63,464 nucleotides of DNA, filler included, from Cercozoa sp. M6MM (GCA_040357565.1; 8 parts of 8 records of this genome joined end to end with filler, not necessarily neighbours in it), one strand, 5' to 3'; numbered from the whole stretch's first letter, positions 51,371 through 63,464 are shown. Notes: generated from the sequence alone by a model not told the origin. Numbers and translations are program-made.

Positions 51371-52488
51371 ATGTCGTAAGTTTCGACTCAGTTTTGGTGG
51401 GGCGTGCCAAGAAAACAGTTCTGGCGGGGGTGCCTTTTGCCAGTGTGCTTTGTATCGTTTTGGCGGTGTCTGGTGGCACGTGTTCCAACTGTGGCGCTCG
51501 GCAACTAAGTATGTGAGTGTGCACAGCGACGATGAGGACTTTGTGCTGAGCGACAACAGAGAGAGCGAGGAGGAGGCCAGCGAGCACGCCGAGGAAGAGG
51601 TGCGTGTGCCCGACTGCCTACTGCCTACTGCCCGCCTCTGCTACTGGCTACTGGCTACTGGCTACTGGCTACTGGCTACTGTTTAAGGGGTTGAATAAAC
51701 TTGTTGTGTAGGACGTGTACGCCGAGGACAGCGAGGCTAGCAGCAGCGAGGACGACGTCGAACTCGCGCTGGATCGCTACGCCTACAGTGAGTTTTACCC
51801 CCCCCCCATTTACCCCCCCCCCCATTCCCCCCCCCCCCTTTCCCCCCTAACTTCCCCCCTTGGCTTGTTTCCCCCCCCCCCCATTAGACACAGCGCCGAA
51901 AGCGACGTACGAGACGGCGCGCGAAGCACGCGGTCTGCGCCAGCGTCAGCGCGTCAATTACTCCGAGTACACCCCCTCTTTACCCCTCTTTATACCCCTC
52001 TTTCCCCTCTTTTTCCCCTCTCTTTGTCCCCCTCTTTACCCCTCCCTTACCCCCACCGCGCAGGTATGGAGCCGTCCAGGCCGTGGACGGACTTTCCGAA
52101 GACGACGACGAGATTCCACAGGACTCGGATGACTCGGTACACTGCACATGTGGACCCTGTACATGGCGACCTGTACATGTGGACGTGTACACGTGGACTA
52201 CCCGGTGGTACAACTCTACGGTACAGGATTTTTCGATGCGCGCGGCGCCGAAACGGCCGAAGCGACGTGTGACTCGGCGTCGCCGCGCGCGCGTAGTGGA
52301 CGACGACGAGGACGCGCCCGTCGTCGAGTCGCTCGCGTCGCGGGTTTGCCCCCCATCTTACCCCCCATCTTACCCCCCATCTTACCCCCTACTCCCTTAC
52401 CTCTGTACACCCTTTACCCTCCCCTTTACCCCTCCCCTTTACCCCTCCCCTTTACCCCTCCCCTTTACCCCTCCCCTTTACCCCTCCC
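51371..52488 (+). CDS. Acidic/basic disordered N-terminus of a probable chromatin protein; 3'-truncated
   Basis: A 5-nt first coding exon ATGTC|GTAAGT splices to give MSDDEDFVLSD...; contains RGLRQRQRVNYSE and NLS-like PKRPKRR. Confidence 0.55.
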
Positions 52489-52608
52489 NNNNNNNNNNNN
52501 NNNNNNNNNNNNNNNNNNNNNNNNNNNNNNNNTTAATTAATTAANNNNNNNNNNNNNNNNNNNNNNNNNNNNNNNNNNNNNNNNNNNNCCCCCCCCCCCC
52601 CGGTGTAG

Positions 52609-54270
52609 ATATGCCGTTCACGCGCGAGGGCATCTCGCCGGATCTGGTAGTTTGACCCCCCGTCCCCCTTTACCCCCTCTTACTCCCTTAAATAGATCAT
52701 CAATCCACACTGCATTCCGTCGCGAATGACGGTCGGTCACTTGATCGAGTGTCTGCTGGTATTAACGTCTTACTCTTGCCCCCTTACCCCCTACCCTTAC
52801 CCCCCACCCCTACCCCCACCCCCCCCCCCCCCCAGAGCAAAGTGTCGGCACTCATGGGAACCGAAGGCGACGCGACGCCGTTCGAGGAGGTCACGGTGCC
52901 TCAGGTAGCGTTCTATCCCCCTTTACCCCCTTTGCCTCCTTTACCCCCTCCCCCAGATATCGGATCTGCTGCACGAGGCGGGCTACCAGAAGGTGGGCAA
53001 CGAGGTCATGTACAATGGACACACGGGCCGCCGCCTGACATCGCAGGTCTTTTTTGGACCGACGTACTACCAGCGACTCAAGCATATGGTAGCGTTGTTG
53101 CCCCCTTTACCCCCCTACCCCCTACTTACCCCCTTACTTACTTTCCTCTTTACCTCCCTTTTACCCCCCCCCCCACCTTTCTCTTCACCCCCGCTTTACC
53201 CCCCTTACCGCCTTCTTACCTCCTTACCCCCCAGGTGGAGGACAAGATCCACGCACGTGCGCGCGGACCGTTGCAGATCATGACGCGGCAGCCTACGGAA
53301 GGCAGAGGTCGCGACGGCGGCCTGCGCTTCGGCGAGATGGAGCGCGATTGCATGGTGCACATTCTTACCCCCCCCTACTCCCTTACCCACCCTTTACCCC
53401 CCTACAGATCGCACATGGTGCCGCCATGTTCTTGCAAGAGCGACTGATGACAGTGTCGGATCGCTACCGTGTGCATGTGTGCGATCGGTAGTGTTTTACC
53501 CCCCCTGTTTACCCCCCACCCTCTCTTTTACCTCCCTGTTTACCCCCTGTATACTCCCTGTTACCTCCCCTCTAGATGCGGTATGCTGGCGATTGCGAAT
53601 CTCACGACACACGCGTACTTTTGCAAGTCGTGTCACAACACGTCGCAGTTCTCGCAGGTACCCCGGACTTGTTGTGCCTCCCTTGCCCTCTTTACCCCCC
53701 CCCCCCCCCCGGGGGGGGTGCTGCCGTACGCCTGCAAGCTGCTGTTCCAGGAACTGATGGCGATGCAGATCGCGCCGCGTCTCATGACGTCGGCCGAGTC
53801 GGAGCGTGAGTTTTTGTTTCCTCTTACCTACCCTATTTTACCCTCCCCCTACCTCAGAGGACAAGACGCAACAAAGGATACTGGCCGAGTTGCTGGCGAC
53901 GGCACAGGCAGCACAGGCGGTACCTGCGGCCGCTGCCACCAGCGAAACGCAGCAGCAGCAGGACGCCTTTGCGCAACTGGATGATGTAGTTTACCCTACT
54001 TACCGCCCTACCTACCCCCTACCCCACCTACCTACTACTTGCATCTTAACCCCCTCTTACCTCCTGTTAACCCCCCAGGAGAACGACATCGACTTTGAGC
54101 CGGAAGAGGCCGAAACGAGCGCTGGCAGCAGCAGCAACGTGCCGCCGCAGCAAGTGTCGCAGGAGCAGCAGCAGCAGGAGACACCAATGCCGATGCAGGA
54201 CGACGACGACAAGGGCGACGAAGGCGACGGGCCCACCGAGGACGAACTCGCCGCTGCCTACGGCTACTAG
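52609..54270 (+). CDS. RPB2: RNA polymerase II second-largest subunit, 3' part, with C-terminal extension
   Basis: [13 protein letters not shown]|[44 protein letters not shown]|[34 protein letters not shown], Zn-binding Cys pairs, [21 protein letters not shown]. Confidence 0.97.
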
Positions 54271-54429
54271 CTCTGTCGGCTGTTCTTTTTGCCTCTTTGT
54301 TACAGACTGACACTCTTGTTACGGTATTAGGGTATTAAAGACGACTAAATAGAAAGTAAAACGTCAGTTTGAATGGCGTCGATGCGGTAGAAGACGTACC
54401 CTCAACACCCTGATTCCCGGAATTGTAAC

Positions 54430-56098
54430 ATGGAGACACAGATAAGCGAGCGAGAAGCGCCTGGCGAGAACGCGCGAAACGGCTGCAATTTTTGTTCCGG
54501 CGACAGGGCATGGAATTTTTGTTCCGGCGACATCGCGCCTCACCAGGGGCCGCTGCAGTGCCGGGAGTGGCGAAGCTTCAGGACGAGGCTGGGGTGGCAG
54601 CGGCGCTTCCGCACGTGACTGCGGCAGTGGCACTTGAGCACGCTGCGGCAGCGACGCGAGTGCCGCGGGCGCTTCCTCGACGACTGTCCCTGTTTTCAGG
54701 CAGTAATAGCTAAACGAGAAAGACCAGTGCGTCTGTTGTACCGTTGAGTGCTGCAGATGTTCGAGCACCGTCCGGTCCTATGAAGCAATCATCTCACCGC
54801 GTCAACAACACCGCAAGGGTAACGCAGTAATGGGTATATGGGTAACCGTACGCACAACAAGAGCGGCAACTTCTTCGGCTGCGCGCAGTCACAGTATACG
54901 GAAACTTCACATACGTCGTCATTTAGCCTCTGTGCTACCATGTGATCAACTTTAATCGGGTTTACTGCGCTTGTAAAGCGGTGGCATCCGAACCCCATCA
55001 CGGTCTCAGAGTGTTCCTAAACAGTCTTGCGTATGCAGATTCGGCCGATTTTGGAATCCCCCTTAAATTCATACTGTAGCCATAATTTACACTCAAATCG
55101 TTCGGGACTGCGTCCAGAGCGCCTCAGACCTCGCCAGAGTGCCTTTGGAGCACTCTGAGACCGCATTTTTAGTCCCAGGCCTACTCCCAGACTGTGCCGC
55201 GCTATTGAGACAAGGTTTACGAGTAACTTTGCTTTTTGTTCTGGGTATGTGTCGCTATATTTCTCGTTTGAGCAGCTTTAATGGCTTCAAATGTCACTCT
55301 AATGTGCTTGAAACCCACCACAATCTGCAGCTTGACGATCGTAGGTGCCCTGGCGCAACTAGAAGCCTTGGCACTTCTCCGGAACAAGCAAATCACGCTT
55401 CCACAATGTCACACGCTGGTATTCGATGATTTATCTGTCAGTCATGACTTCTGCTCTCCACAAACCGCTTACAGAAGCTTAGCTCACCACCGGGGTCAAC
55501 TGGCTGCGATGGTTCGTGCGGTGCCTGCGCTCGCAGCACCGCCGAAGCCGCAGGCGTCTGTCCCCGTATTGTCGCCAACACGAACGAAATCTTCGATGAG
55601 GCAGTCGTTAAGCAGTTACGTGGTTTGTTCTGTTTCAATGTGCCCGCACTTACCAGTATCGACAAGTTGTTGTGTGTATATACAGATACCGTCGACTCGT
55701 GTCGACGGTATGCGGCTGCTGTGCTTGGGGGACCCTGTGGATTTAATCACACGGTGGCCGACCAGTTCGGAAGCGTGTTCGTGTACAAGTTGCACGGCTC
55801 GTCTGCAGCATACCGCAGAGAAAAAATCCGGTACAAGCTTATATTATGTGCGTGAGCGACCACGGTGTGCTATCCCGGTGGTTGAGTTGTTGTCATGCAC
55901 GTGTGGTCTGTGTTGTTCGTGTCAGATGAGTGAAGCCCAGATGAGCGAAGCCCCGTCACACGGCACAGAAAGATTCACCCGACAAAGCTAAAGTGCTGCG
56001 CGGCCTACGCGTCAGAGCAGAGCGTGGCGTACGCCGTCAACGAGGGAACCATCGAGACCGCCGCACTCGCCAGCACGGTGTTGGCCGCGGATACCTAA
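54430..56098 (+). CDS. Hypothetical protein with a Cys cluster; 5' structure uncertain
   Basis: Exons at about 55345-55850 splice in frame (GALAQLEALALLRNKQ..|KLSSPPGSTGCDGSCGAC..VCPRIV..|TVDSCRRY..). Confidence 0.4.
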
Positions 56099-56240
56099 AT
56101 TACAGTGGTTGTCGTCTTGCGACACCAGGCTTTAAACGACATTATTTTACTCCGTGAGCGGAGCATCTCTTGATTAACTTAAGCCTCAGAACAAACCCGT
56201 ACCGTCGCGTGCTGTACAGCCCCTCTAATACGCAACAGTA

Positions 56241-57094
56241 CTAAATTGTAACGCACCGGTATTTAAAGCCGATAACGGAGCAACGGAATTCGTGAAATTC
56301 ATTCGAAAGCGAAGTCCGTGTCGAAACGAGTTTACAGCACAGGACCCAGTTGTGATCTCGCAGCCTGGGTTGACTCCAAAAAGAACCCAACGTTAAAAAT
56401 TGGCAAGCTAAGGCTGAAGTTCGCCTTCTGTCAATCGGTGCGTCCAACCTTCTCGACGGTAACTCGTCGCTTCGACGACTCGCTGTCTTTGACGACGGCG
56501 ACTCTACGAGCACAGTACTGACGGAACTGGCAGTCAGTCAGAATGGAGGAATTACCCAAGCGAGCGCTGAGGTGCTAAGTCGTGTAACTCCACGAGTTCG
56601 CTGTCTCTGCGCACGCTGGAGTAGCCCAAGCGGACGTCGCGGTCGTCCAAATCGTCTGCATCAGTCTCGGGAGTAAGGATGCCTACATTAGCGACGTTTA
56701 ACACTAGTACTGACACAGGATTCAATGAAGAGCGCAAATCCCAGAGAACCGCTGGGTTCGTAGGCGTCGGCACAGAATGAGACGTGCGACTTTTGCGGCT
56801 CTCGTACCATGCCTATGCAGTTGATAAAGTTGCCTTGCCACTGCGTAGTCGGGTTAGCTTTACCATCGAGCCAGCGGGGGTACGAGAAGGAGAACACTGG
56901 GACACAAAAACGTGGGCATTGGTGTCTTTCAGTGAGATATAAATTTACATTGCTCGTAACTACTGTACCAATGAGAAGCGTCATTAACGATGCAATTGAC
57001 CACCCCAATGCCTGATAAAATAGACAGTCTAGAATTTAGACCAATCGTCGATACTCTTTTATGCAAGTCGTTTTGCCGACAGGGGGGGGGGGGG
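56241..57094 (-). CDS. Possible 3' end of a membrane protein gene
   Basis: Hydrophobic segments (GWSIASLMTLLIGTVV; PVSVLVLNVANVGIL) followed by an acidic/Ser-rich tail; exon structure unresolved. Confidence 0.3.
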
Positions 57095-57283
57095 NNNNNN
57101 NNNNNNNNNNNNNNNNNNNNNNNNNNNNNNNNNNNNNNTTAATTAATTAANNNNNNNNNNNNNNNNNNNNNNNNNNNNNNNNNNNNNNNNNNNNCCCCCC
57201 CCCCCAGCGGGTCCGGGGCACTGTACTATAAATGTACCTGGGTACTGTAGTTGTACAGTACATGCAACACGGACGGGCTCACA

Positions 57284-58174
57284 ATGATGATGCTTACGCG
57301 CCGACTTGCGCGACGCAATGTGTGTTTCGCACTTTTGGAATGTCGATCTGCACGGTAACGACGCTCGCAGGTGCGCTTTCTCGCCACGGAGCCAGCTGTA
57401 TCGGCAAGTAAAAAGATGGATGGCACCGAGAGGATCGATGCGTCTCAGGTAGAGCAATCCTACCCTTACCCCCCCCCCCTACTCCCATACCCTTCCCCTT
57501 TTTACCTCATCCCCATTCCGTGTTACCTCCTCCCTGTGCGTGCAGGCGCCGGAGTTGTTCGCACTGCAGACGCTCGACTTCACCGAGGACGATGTTAACG
57601 AGACCGCCGTGCTTCTTAATCAGCGTACTCCATCCTGTTCACGCCTTAATACCTTTATCTTTATCCCTTTATCCATATACCACCTCTCTTTTGGTAGTGG
57701 ACAACGAGGACTACCAGGAGCTTTGCCAAGAACTACTCAAGGAAGGGTGACGGCAAAGGAGGTAGTTCTCTCCACGTTGGAGATAGAGGGAAGAATATAC
57801 TCGACACACGCACAGGTCAGGCGCGTGATCCTGCACAATGGGGTGGAACTGCTGCGTAGTCGTATCGAGCACCTCGCTCTCTACGAGCGGGCGCACGACG
57901 TTTTACAGGAGGTGCGTTTCGCATCTTAGCTCTTGTCCTGCTCGATCGAGGTGGGCACGAGTGTCCTTTGTAGGCTCTGGACAAGTACGCCCTACAGGAG
58001 GAGGTCGACTTTGCTGAAGTGCTCAAGAAGGTACCCCTTTATTGTTCCCTTCAACTTAATAGTTCCTTTAATACCCCTTATGGCCGATATCCTACTGGAC
58101 ATACACGCACGTAGGTCGGTGTCGAGATGCGTCTGCAAATACCTCGTGTGTCCCCAGACGGGTCGTCGTCCTAG
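57284..58174 (+). CDS. Hypothetical, probably mitochondrial helical protein
   Basis: Presequence-like MMMLTRRLARRN|VRFLATE; about 7 exons splice to ...VGVEMRLQIPRVSPDGSSS*. Confidence 0.6.
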
Positions 58175-58685
58175 CGTCCTCAGGCCAGGCTTTTCCCGTC
58201 GATGAGTAAACAGACATACAGTTTCCGTTCGAGACTGAGGTTCGACGCGTAGGCAGCTGGTCTTTCTGTTTCGAGGCAAAACCGAACCCCCCCTCCCCCA
58301 ATATCGACCCCCTTAACTTAAACCGCCTTCCCCTCTTTACCCCTTAGCCTTACCCCCTTAACCTCTCTTTAATTCTGATTTTGCCTCGAAAAACCCCGCC
58401 ATACCTAACAATCGCTGTGATTGTTACAGGACCCGACCGAACGCCTTTAAATCCGTGACGGTGATTGCTGTGTTTTTAAAGACCTGCTGCGCTGACGCTC
58501 CAACTTTTCGCAATTGATAGGATATCGACCGAGTTCGAATTCAAGTCCGGCGCGGTACAGTCAAGTCAGCCTCCAAGGCATGGTCTAATTTTCCTTAATT
58601 TTCCTTCAAATTGATCTCATCTACCTAGATCCTAGATACTATACATATCTGGGAGTCATATGCTCGGTCAAGAGGCGGCGCACAT

Positions 58686-59857
58686 CTACTTGATGAGCTC
58701 GTCAGCCAGTCGGTCCCAGTGCTGCTCGGCGAAGCGACGCATACCGGCCACCAGACGCTCGATTTGCTCATCGCTGCAGGGGGGGGGGGCAGTAAGATAG
58801 GATAGATGGGGGATAAAAGCGCTACGTGTGATGCACGGTGACGACAATCTTGACAGAGGGCGGTGCTGGCACATCGTTGTCGCAGTAGTACTCGGGCTGC
58901 ACAAAGAGCGACTCCTCGTCCAACAGGTAGCGGCACATGGCTTGCAGCATGCGCTGCTGCTCATTCGGTCGCAGGCCGCGTCTACACTCCACACTTCCAC
59001 GCGGACAGTCAAACAATCCAAGGGTCAGTACCGGTCCGACACGCGCACATGGGCGAACGGCACCAGGTCCGATGTCTTGCGCACGGCCTGGGGAGCCGAG
59101 ATAGGGTAAGATAGAAGATGGGAGGGGGTAAAACATACCTCAACATCGTCCTGCCGCGGCCGATGCACGACGAAATACTTCTCCGGCAGATTGCTCAGCA
59201 CCGCGTGCAACGTGCGCTGTTGATCGGGGGGGGGGGGGCAAAGGGACATATGGGGGAGAGTAAAGTGTACAGCTCGCTCGTGCAGCATCTTGAGTCGCGT
59301 TGGTTCCTCGCGCATCAAACGCAGCGCCTACAGACACACAGACATATCTTTACCCCCCCCCCCTCCGTCTTTATATTTTGGGACCTCAGTAGCAGCGACG
59401 GCAGTGAAAGGCGGCGACGACGCACTGAAAACGTAGCCAGCACCTGCCAGCACCTGTGCAAGCAGCAATGTTATTGTAGCCAATGTTATTGTAGCCAATG
59501 TTATTGTAGCCACCATGCAAAGACAAGGCAACTCACCTGATGACTCACGACCTCGGGTGTGCCAACGCAGAAGGCACCAACGGCACCGAGCGACTCATCG
59601 CACAGACCAACGTACATGTGCACGTCGTGGATCGACACTCTGGGGAGGGGGTACAAGAGGGAAAAGGGAGAGGTAGGAGGTATGACTACCCAGCCGGGCC
59701 CAGCGAGCCATGCAGTCCGACAGTGCCAAAGGCGGCCGAGTCGTCCAGCACCACGCGGAAGCGATACTCCTTGGCCAAGGCAACGACACGCGCAATGTCG
59801 CACACGTCGCCATAGGCCTGTGAGACGCCTTCCACCACCTGCAGGGGGGGGGGGGGG
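58686..59857 (-). CDS. SPTLC1: Serine palmitoyltransferase subunit 1 (LCB1); 5'-truncated
   Basis: VVEGVSQAYGDVC..LAKEYRFRVVLDDSAAFGTVG, SLGAVGAFCVG..VVSHQ|VLAGAGYVFSASSPP, PPSVKIVVTVHHT. The PLP-binding Lys is absent, as expected for LCB1. Confidence 0.88.
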
Positions 59858-59957
59858 NNNNNNNNNNNNNNNNNNNNNNNNNNNNNNNNNNNNNNNNNNN
59901 NTTAATTAATTAANNNNNNNNNNNNNNNNNNNNNNNNNNNNNNNNNNNNNNNNNNNN

Positions 59958-60013
<56 letters not shown>

Positions 60014-62291
60014 TACCAAAGGGAGACACAGCAGGGTGCCGCTGACGGCGACAACAAAGGCGCGTGCGCACGCCGAAACGCTGCCACTTTGATCTGCACA
60101 TGCACAGGCGATATCTCAGCATCCCTCAGTCAGTGTGTACAAGTCGTAACCACTGAGTAGACTGGCAAGCAGACGGAGCGAATGACAGATGTCGGCGGCC
60201 AGAATGCGACCCAGCGACTCGCTGTAGCGACAGTCAGGCACGTCACCTCCGTCCTGTGTACAAGTGTGTGTGTGTGTGTTCTTGAAATACACAACACTTT
60301 AACGACGCCAAACAGAGCAGTACTTGGGCACAGTGATGGCACGGACAGCCTCGCGAGGTGCGTGTCATGACGTAAGACTGCCCCAATTGGGACACCACTT
60401 TCAACAAGTGCATGCCTGCGTCCTTGTCCTCTAGCATCGGCAGTGCCTGCATTAAAACACTTGTGTAAACGGATGCCTCGGCACAACCTGAGTTGTCGGT
60501 ACTTCAGCAAACGCGGCCCACAGTTCAAGAGCGACATTGGTCACATCGCCTTCCCTGCTCGAAACGGTTACAATGAGAAACACATCCAGCAGGTACGAAT
60601 GGGTACATGGTGAAGGTGCTGACAGATAAAGGTGCAATGCATTGACACAGTGCCACCAATCGGCCCGTGTCCACGATCTCCTGTTCACAATTATATATAT
60701 ATATATATATATTGAAACAGTGTAATACGATCAAACCATTTAATACAAATGGGACCTGTAATCTGAAGGTGCGTTTAATTTCAACACAAAACTGCAACAG
60801 CTGCAGGTTTTCGCTTTTGCCTGTTCAAAGATGATAACCTGAAAAAGTCCATCAACAGCTTCCCGGTTGCCTTACCTGCCAAGACTATCACGCCGTCGAT
60901 CAAATGGTCCAAAAGCTGCAGAAACAAAAATGAAAGTGCGTGACCGAGATTTCCCTATAGGCAAAGGCAACGTTACAATTGGTGCGTCTTGTGACAAGAA
61001 CGGTCGGTGCAGTCGCGCTATGTTTCGCAGAGACTGCAAGCACGCATGCTGCCACTCTCCTGGGCGCACCGTTTCAGTACAGACAATGCAGTAAATACAG
61101 AGTATCACAAGTTACCTTCGCTTTGTGCTCGCACGACGAGTGCCCTCACCAGCGCGCAATTGTTGCCGAAAACAACGCGACGCAACGTCGCACTTCGAGG
61201 GATCGGAACTGGCATGTCCTCTTTCTGCGCATACAGCCACTTTACACGTTTGTAAAAGGCAGTGTTAATGTGTACCGGGTCAAAGTTGCCTCGCCAGTCG
61301 AATGTCAAAGCTTCTGCAAGCAACAGCGCAGCTTCCGCGTGGACACCTGCGGGCCAAGTACACTGAAAGATAAATAACCCAGAAGAAAGCTCAGAAATAC
61401 CTTGCATGACTTGATTTTTGGCGTATTCGAGAATGCTCTCCATAAATTGGTCTCGCAAACTGAGCACGCATACGGTATATCAGCAAGAACAATGAAACAG
61501 ACAGCGACATACAAGGCAAGTGACAGACGGTTTCGTCCACGAGACCAACGCGGTTCGAGACGACAGAACTCACTCTGCAGTCACAAGGCAAATACACAAA
61601 AATGACGTTCAGGAAGTCAATCAAAAAACTAACAATGAGAGAACGCAGAATCGGAAGGGAAATTTCGGGTCTTTCGCCAAACAGGCGCGGAACCAGCGCA
61701 GAGGATTGCTCCGAGTGCTGTCCACACAGGTGGTACGCTTCAGACAACAAAGGTTTCTATCAGTCAATTGGTACAAAATTCGCACGCATGCACTTCGCGA
61801 GAACAATGCCGACCAGTGATGCAACCGCCGGATGCCCTTGCTTCTGTCGTGTACACAAAAAGTTGATCTATTTCAAGTACAGACACGTGCGATACCGACA
61901 CCAGCCAAAGCAGGAGTTGCTCTTGCAAAATCGCGATTTTTTCGGCATCATACGCGCCCAAAAAACGTGTTAGGAGTCGTTCCATTGACTAAAACGCGCA
62001 AAAGTCTTTTGTTTTATCTCGGGAAAAACGTAAGCAACGCCACATACCCGTGCGAGAAAGAGCTGCGCCTGCAGTCCACTCGACTGAAGGAGCATCGGCA
62101 GCACAACAAACAGGGCACCTGGATCACGTTGGAACTCTCTGCACACATGTACAAAGAGTCAATAATCCGAGTTTGTGTCCACTGACACCACAGAGAAAAT
62201 ACAGGAGCTGGGCAGTCACTTCGGCTGATGGCGGCAACTGCAACAGATTTTCGAGTTGCGCCAAAAGGCGCTGTGGGCAGTGTTGTTGCAT
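59958..62291 (-). CDS. Karyopherin-beta family protein (exportin-4/7-like); 3'-truncated
   Basis: N-terminus LLAQLENLL..EVTAQL..LQAQLFLARSMERLL..EKIAILQEQLLLWL. AEALTFDWRG and CLQSLRNIARLHRPFL resemble exportin-7 motifs (CLNFDFIG; LSCLVQIASVRRSLF). Confidence 0.5.
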
Positions 62292-62459
62292 GGCCACTGC
62301 AAACGTACGCTAATCTTGTAAACCATGTCTGCTACAGGTCACAAGCGAATAAACTCACCAAAACCGGCACCCTTAACAGACAAAATAGCAGCCTTAACCA
62401 GGTGCAATAACAATATTTATTGCACAGGTAGTGCACAACGAGCAGCTTGCCGTGAAGTG

Positions 62460-63464
62460 ATGGCACCCCGTAAGCACGTGCGCGTCGTAGGACGCCGTTG
62501 GCAGAATGGCGTCTCCGATGCCGAGGTATGACCAACTGACCCTTGAGCTTGCGAGCCACGTGGATGCTGCTTTGGACGCTTAGTGGCTCGTGGCCGAGAA
62601 GGACGAGATGCCGGCGTGGACGCGGAATGTGCCGATAGCCTTGCAGAGTACTTCCTTCTGTTTGTGGACGGAAACTGCTTGACGTACCGGTTGTGTAGAC
62701 GCGTTCCTGAGACAAGCGAAGCGCTTGCGACTCGTACTTTTTCTGTCCGCTGTGTCGTGTGTTTGATTTGTTTTTGTGGAAGCAGGACTTACGACAAGAC
62801 CGCGTGGTGCTTCCTGGATTCGAGTCGCACTTACCTCTCGAGCAGCAGCGCTCTGTAACACTTTGACTTCGACCCATGCCTGGATTGCTTGTTTGGTTTT
62901 TGAGTCAATTCGCTGCTTGGCAGAAAGCGAAAGAGCGAGTGGAACTGCTGCGTCGCAATGCTGAGCGTCTTGTTCTGTTTGACGGTGCTTCCCTTACGTC
63001 GTGTCTTGTGTGTTGTGTGGGTATGTGTGGGTGTGGGTGTTACAGGAACCAAGCAGGTCGTGCCACGCACGTCGACACTTCTCACCGCTCTGTTCGGCCT
63101 CAATTTCGGTGTGTTCGTGTGCACCTTGGCTTGTTCCAACTGTATTAAACGCTGACTGATGGGACTGTACAGGCAAGCACGTGGACGATGAGACTCGACA
63201 TGTGCTGATTCAGGTACTCACACACACATGCTTCGTGTGTTTATACTTGTGTCGGTGTGATATGATGATGTTGTACAGGGGCACTACTTGATGCAACAAG
63301 AGGCCGAACCGACCTTCCTTTACCTGCTGCGTGCACTGTACTGTTGTTACACCTTGTCTGGAAAGGTGTGTATACTGTGTGTGTTGTGCAGCGACCTGAT
63401 GCACTTTTTGCACAACGAGTTCACCAACGAGCTGCGCCTGGCCAAGCTGATGGATGTACTTTTT
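62460..63464 (+). CDS. Hypothetical protein; 3'-truncated
   Basis: About 9 short exons splice in frame from MAPRKHVRVVGRRWQNG. Confidence 0.55.

Overview
This window is eukaryotic nuclear DNA from a gene-dense, very intron-rich protist. The actin N-terminus ([22 protein letters not shown]) weakly suggests SAR, possibly Rhizaria; that assignment is inference only. It is not one locus: seven 100-bp spacers (N44-TTAATTAATTAA-N44) join about eight independent contigs, so gene neighbourhoods across spacers are meaningless. Most supplied ORFs are exon fragments, antisense shadows or repeat translations. Manual splicing with GT-AG introns and the standard code recovers about 28 genes. Recognisable ones are Rtf1 (Plus3), a transcriptional cyclin, actin, a GhrA-like dehydrogenase, an NSD-type PHD+SET methyltransferase, a short VAMP, a DBH/MOXD1-like monooxygenase, an SLC25 carrier, a PRR11/MTFR-like protein, an SLC35F transporter, ENY2/Sus1, a large ephrin-receptor-like Cys-repeat protein, NSUN5, the RPB2 3' end, LCB1/SPTLC1 and a probable exportin. 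I found no tRNA, rRNA, CRISPR array or transposon. Four things stand out: (i) a pervasive, strand-polarised intronic (T)TTACCCC(C) repeat plus intron-private minisatellites; (ii) a secreted Gly/Tyr/Trp/Cys/His-rich protein built from symmetric phase-1 mini-exons of about 54 nt; (iii) RPB2 with a spliced 112-aa Gln/acidic C-terminal extension; (iv) a PRR11-like RSPGGTP protein in a protist. Exon boundaries are hand-derived and approximate unless given explicitly.
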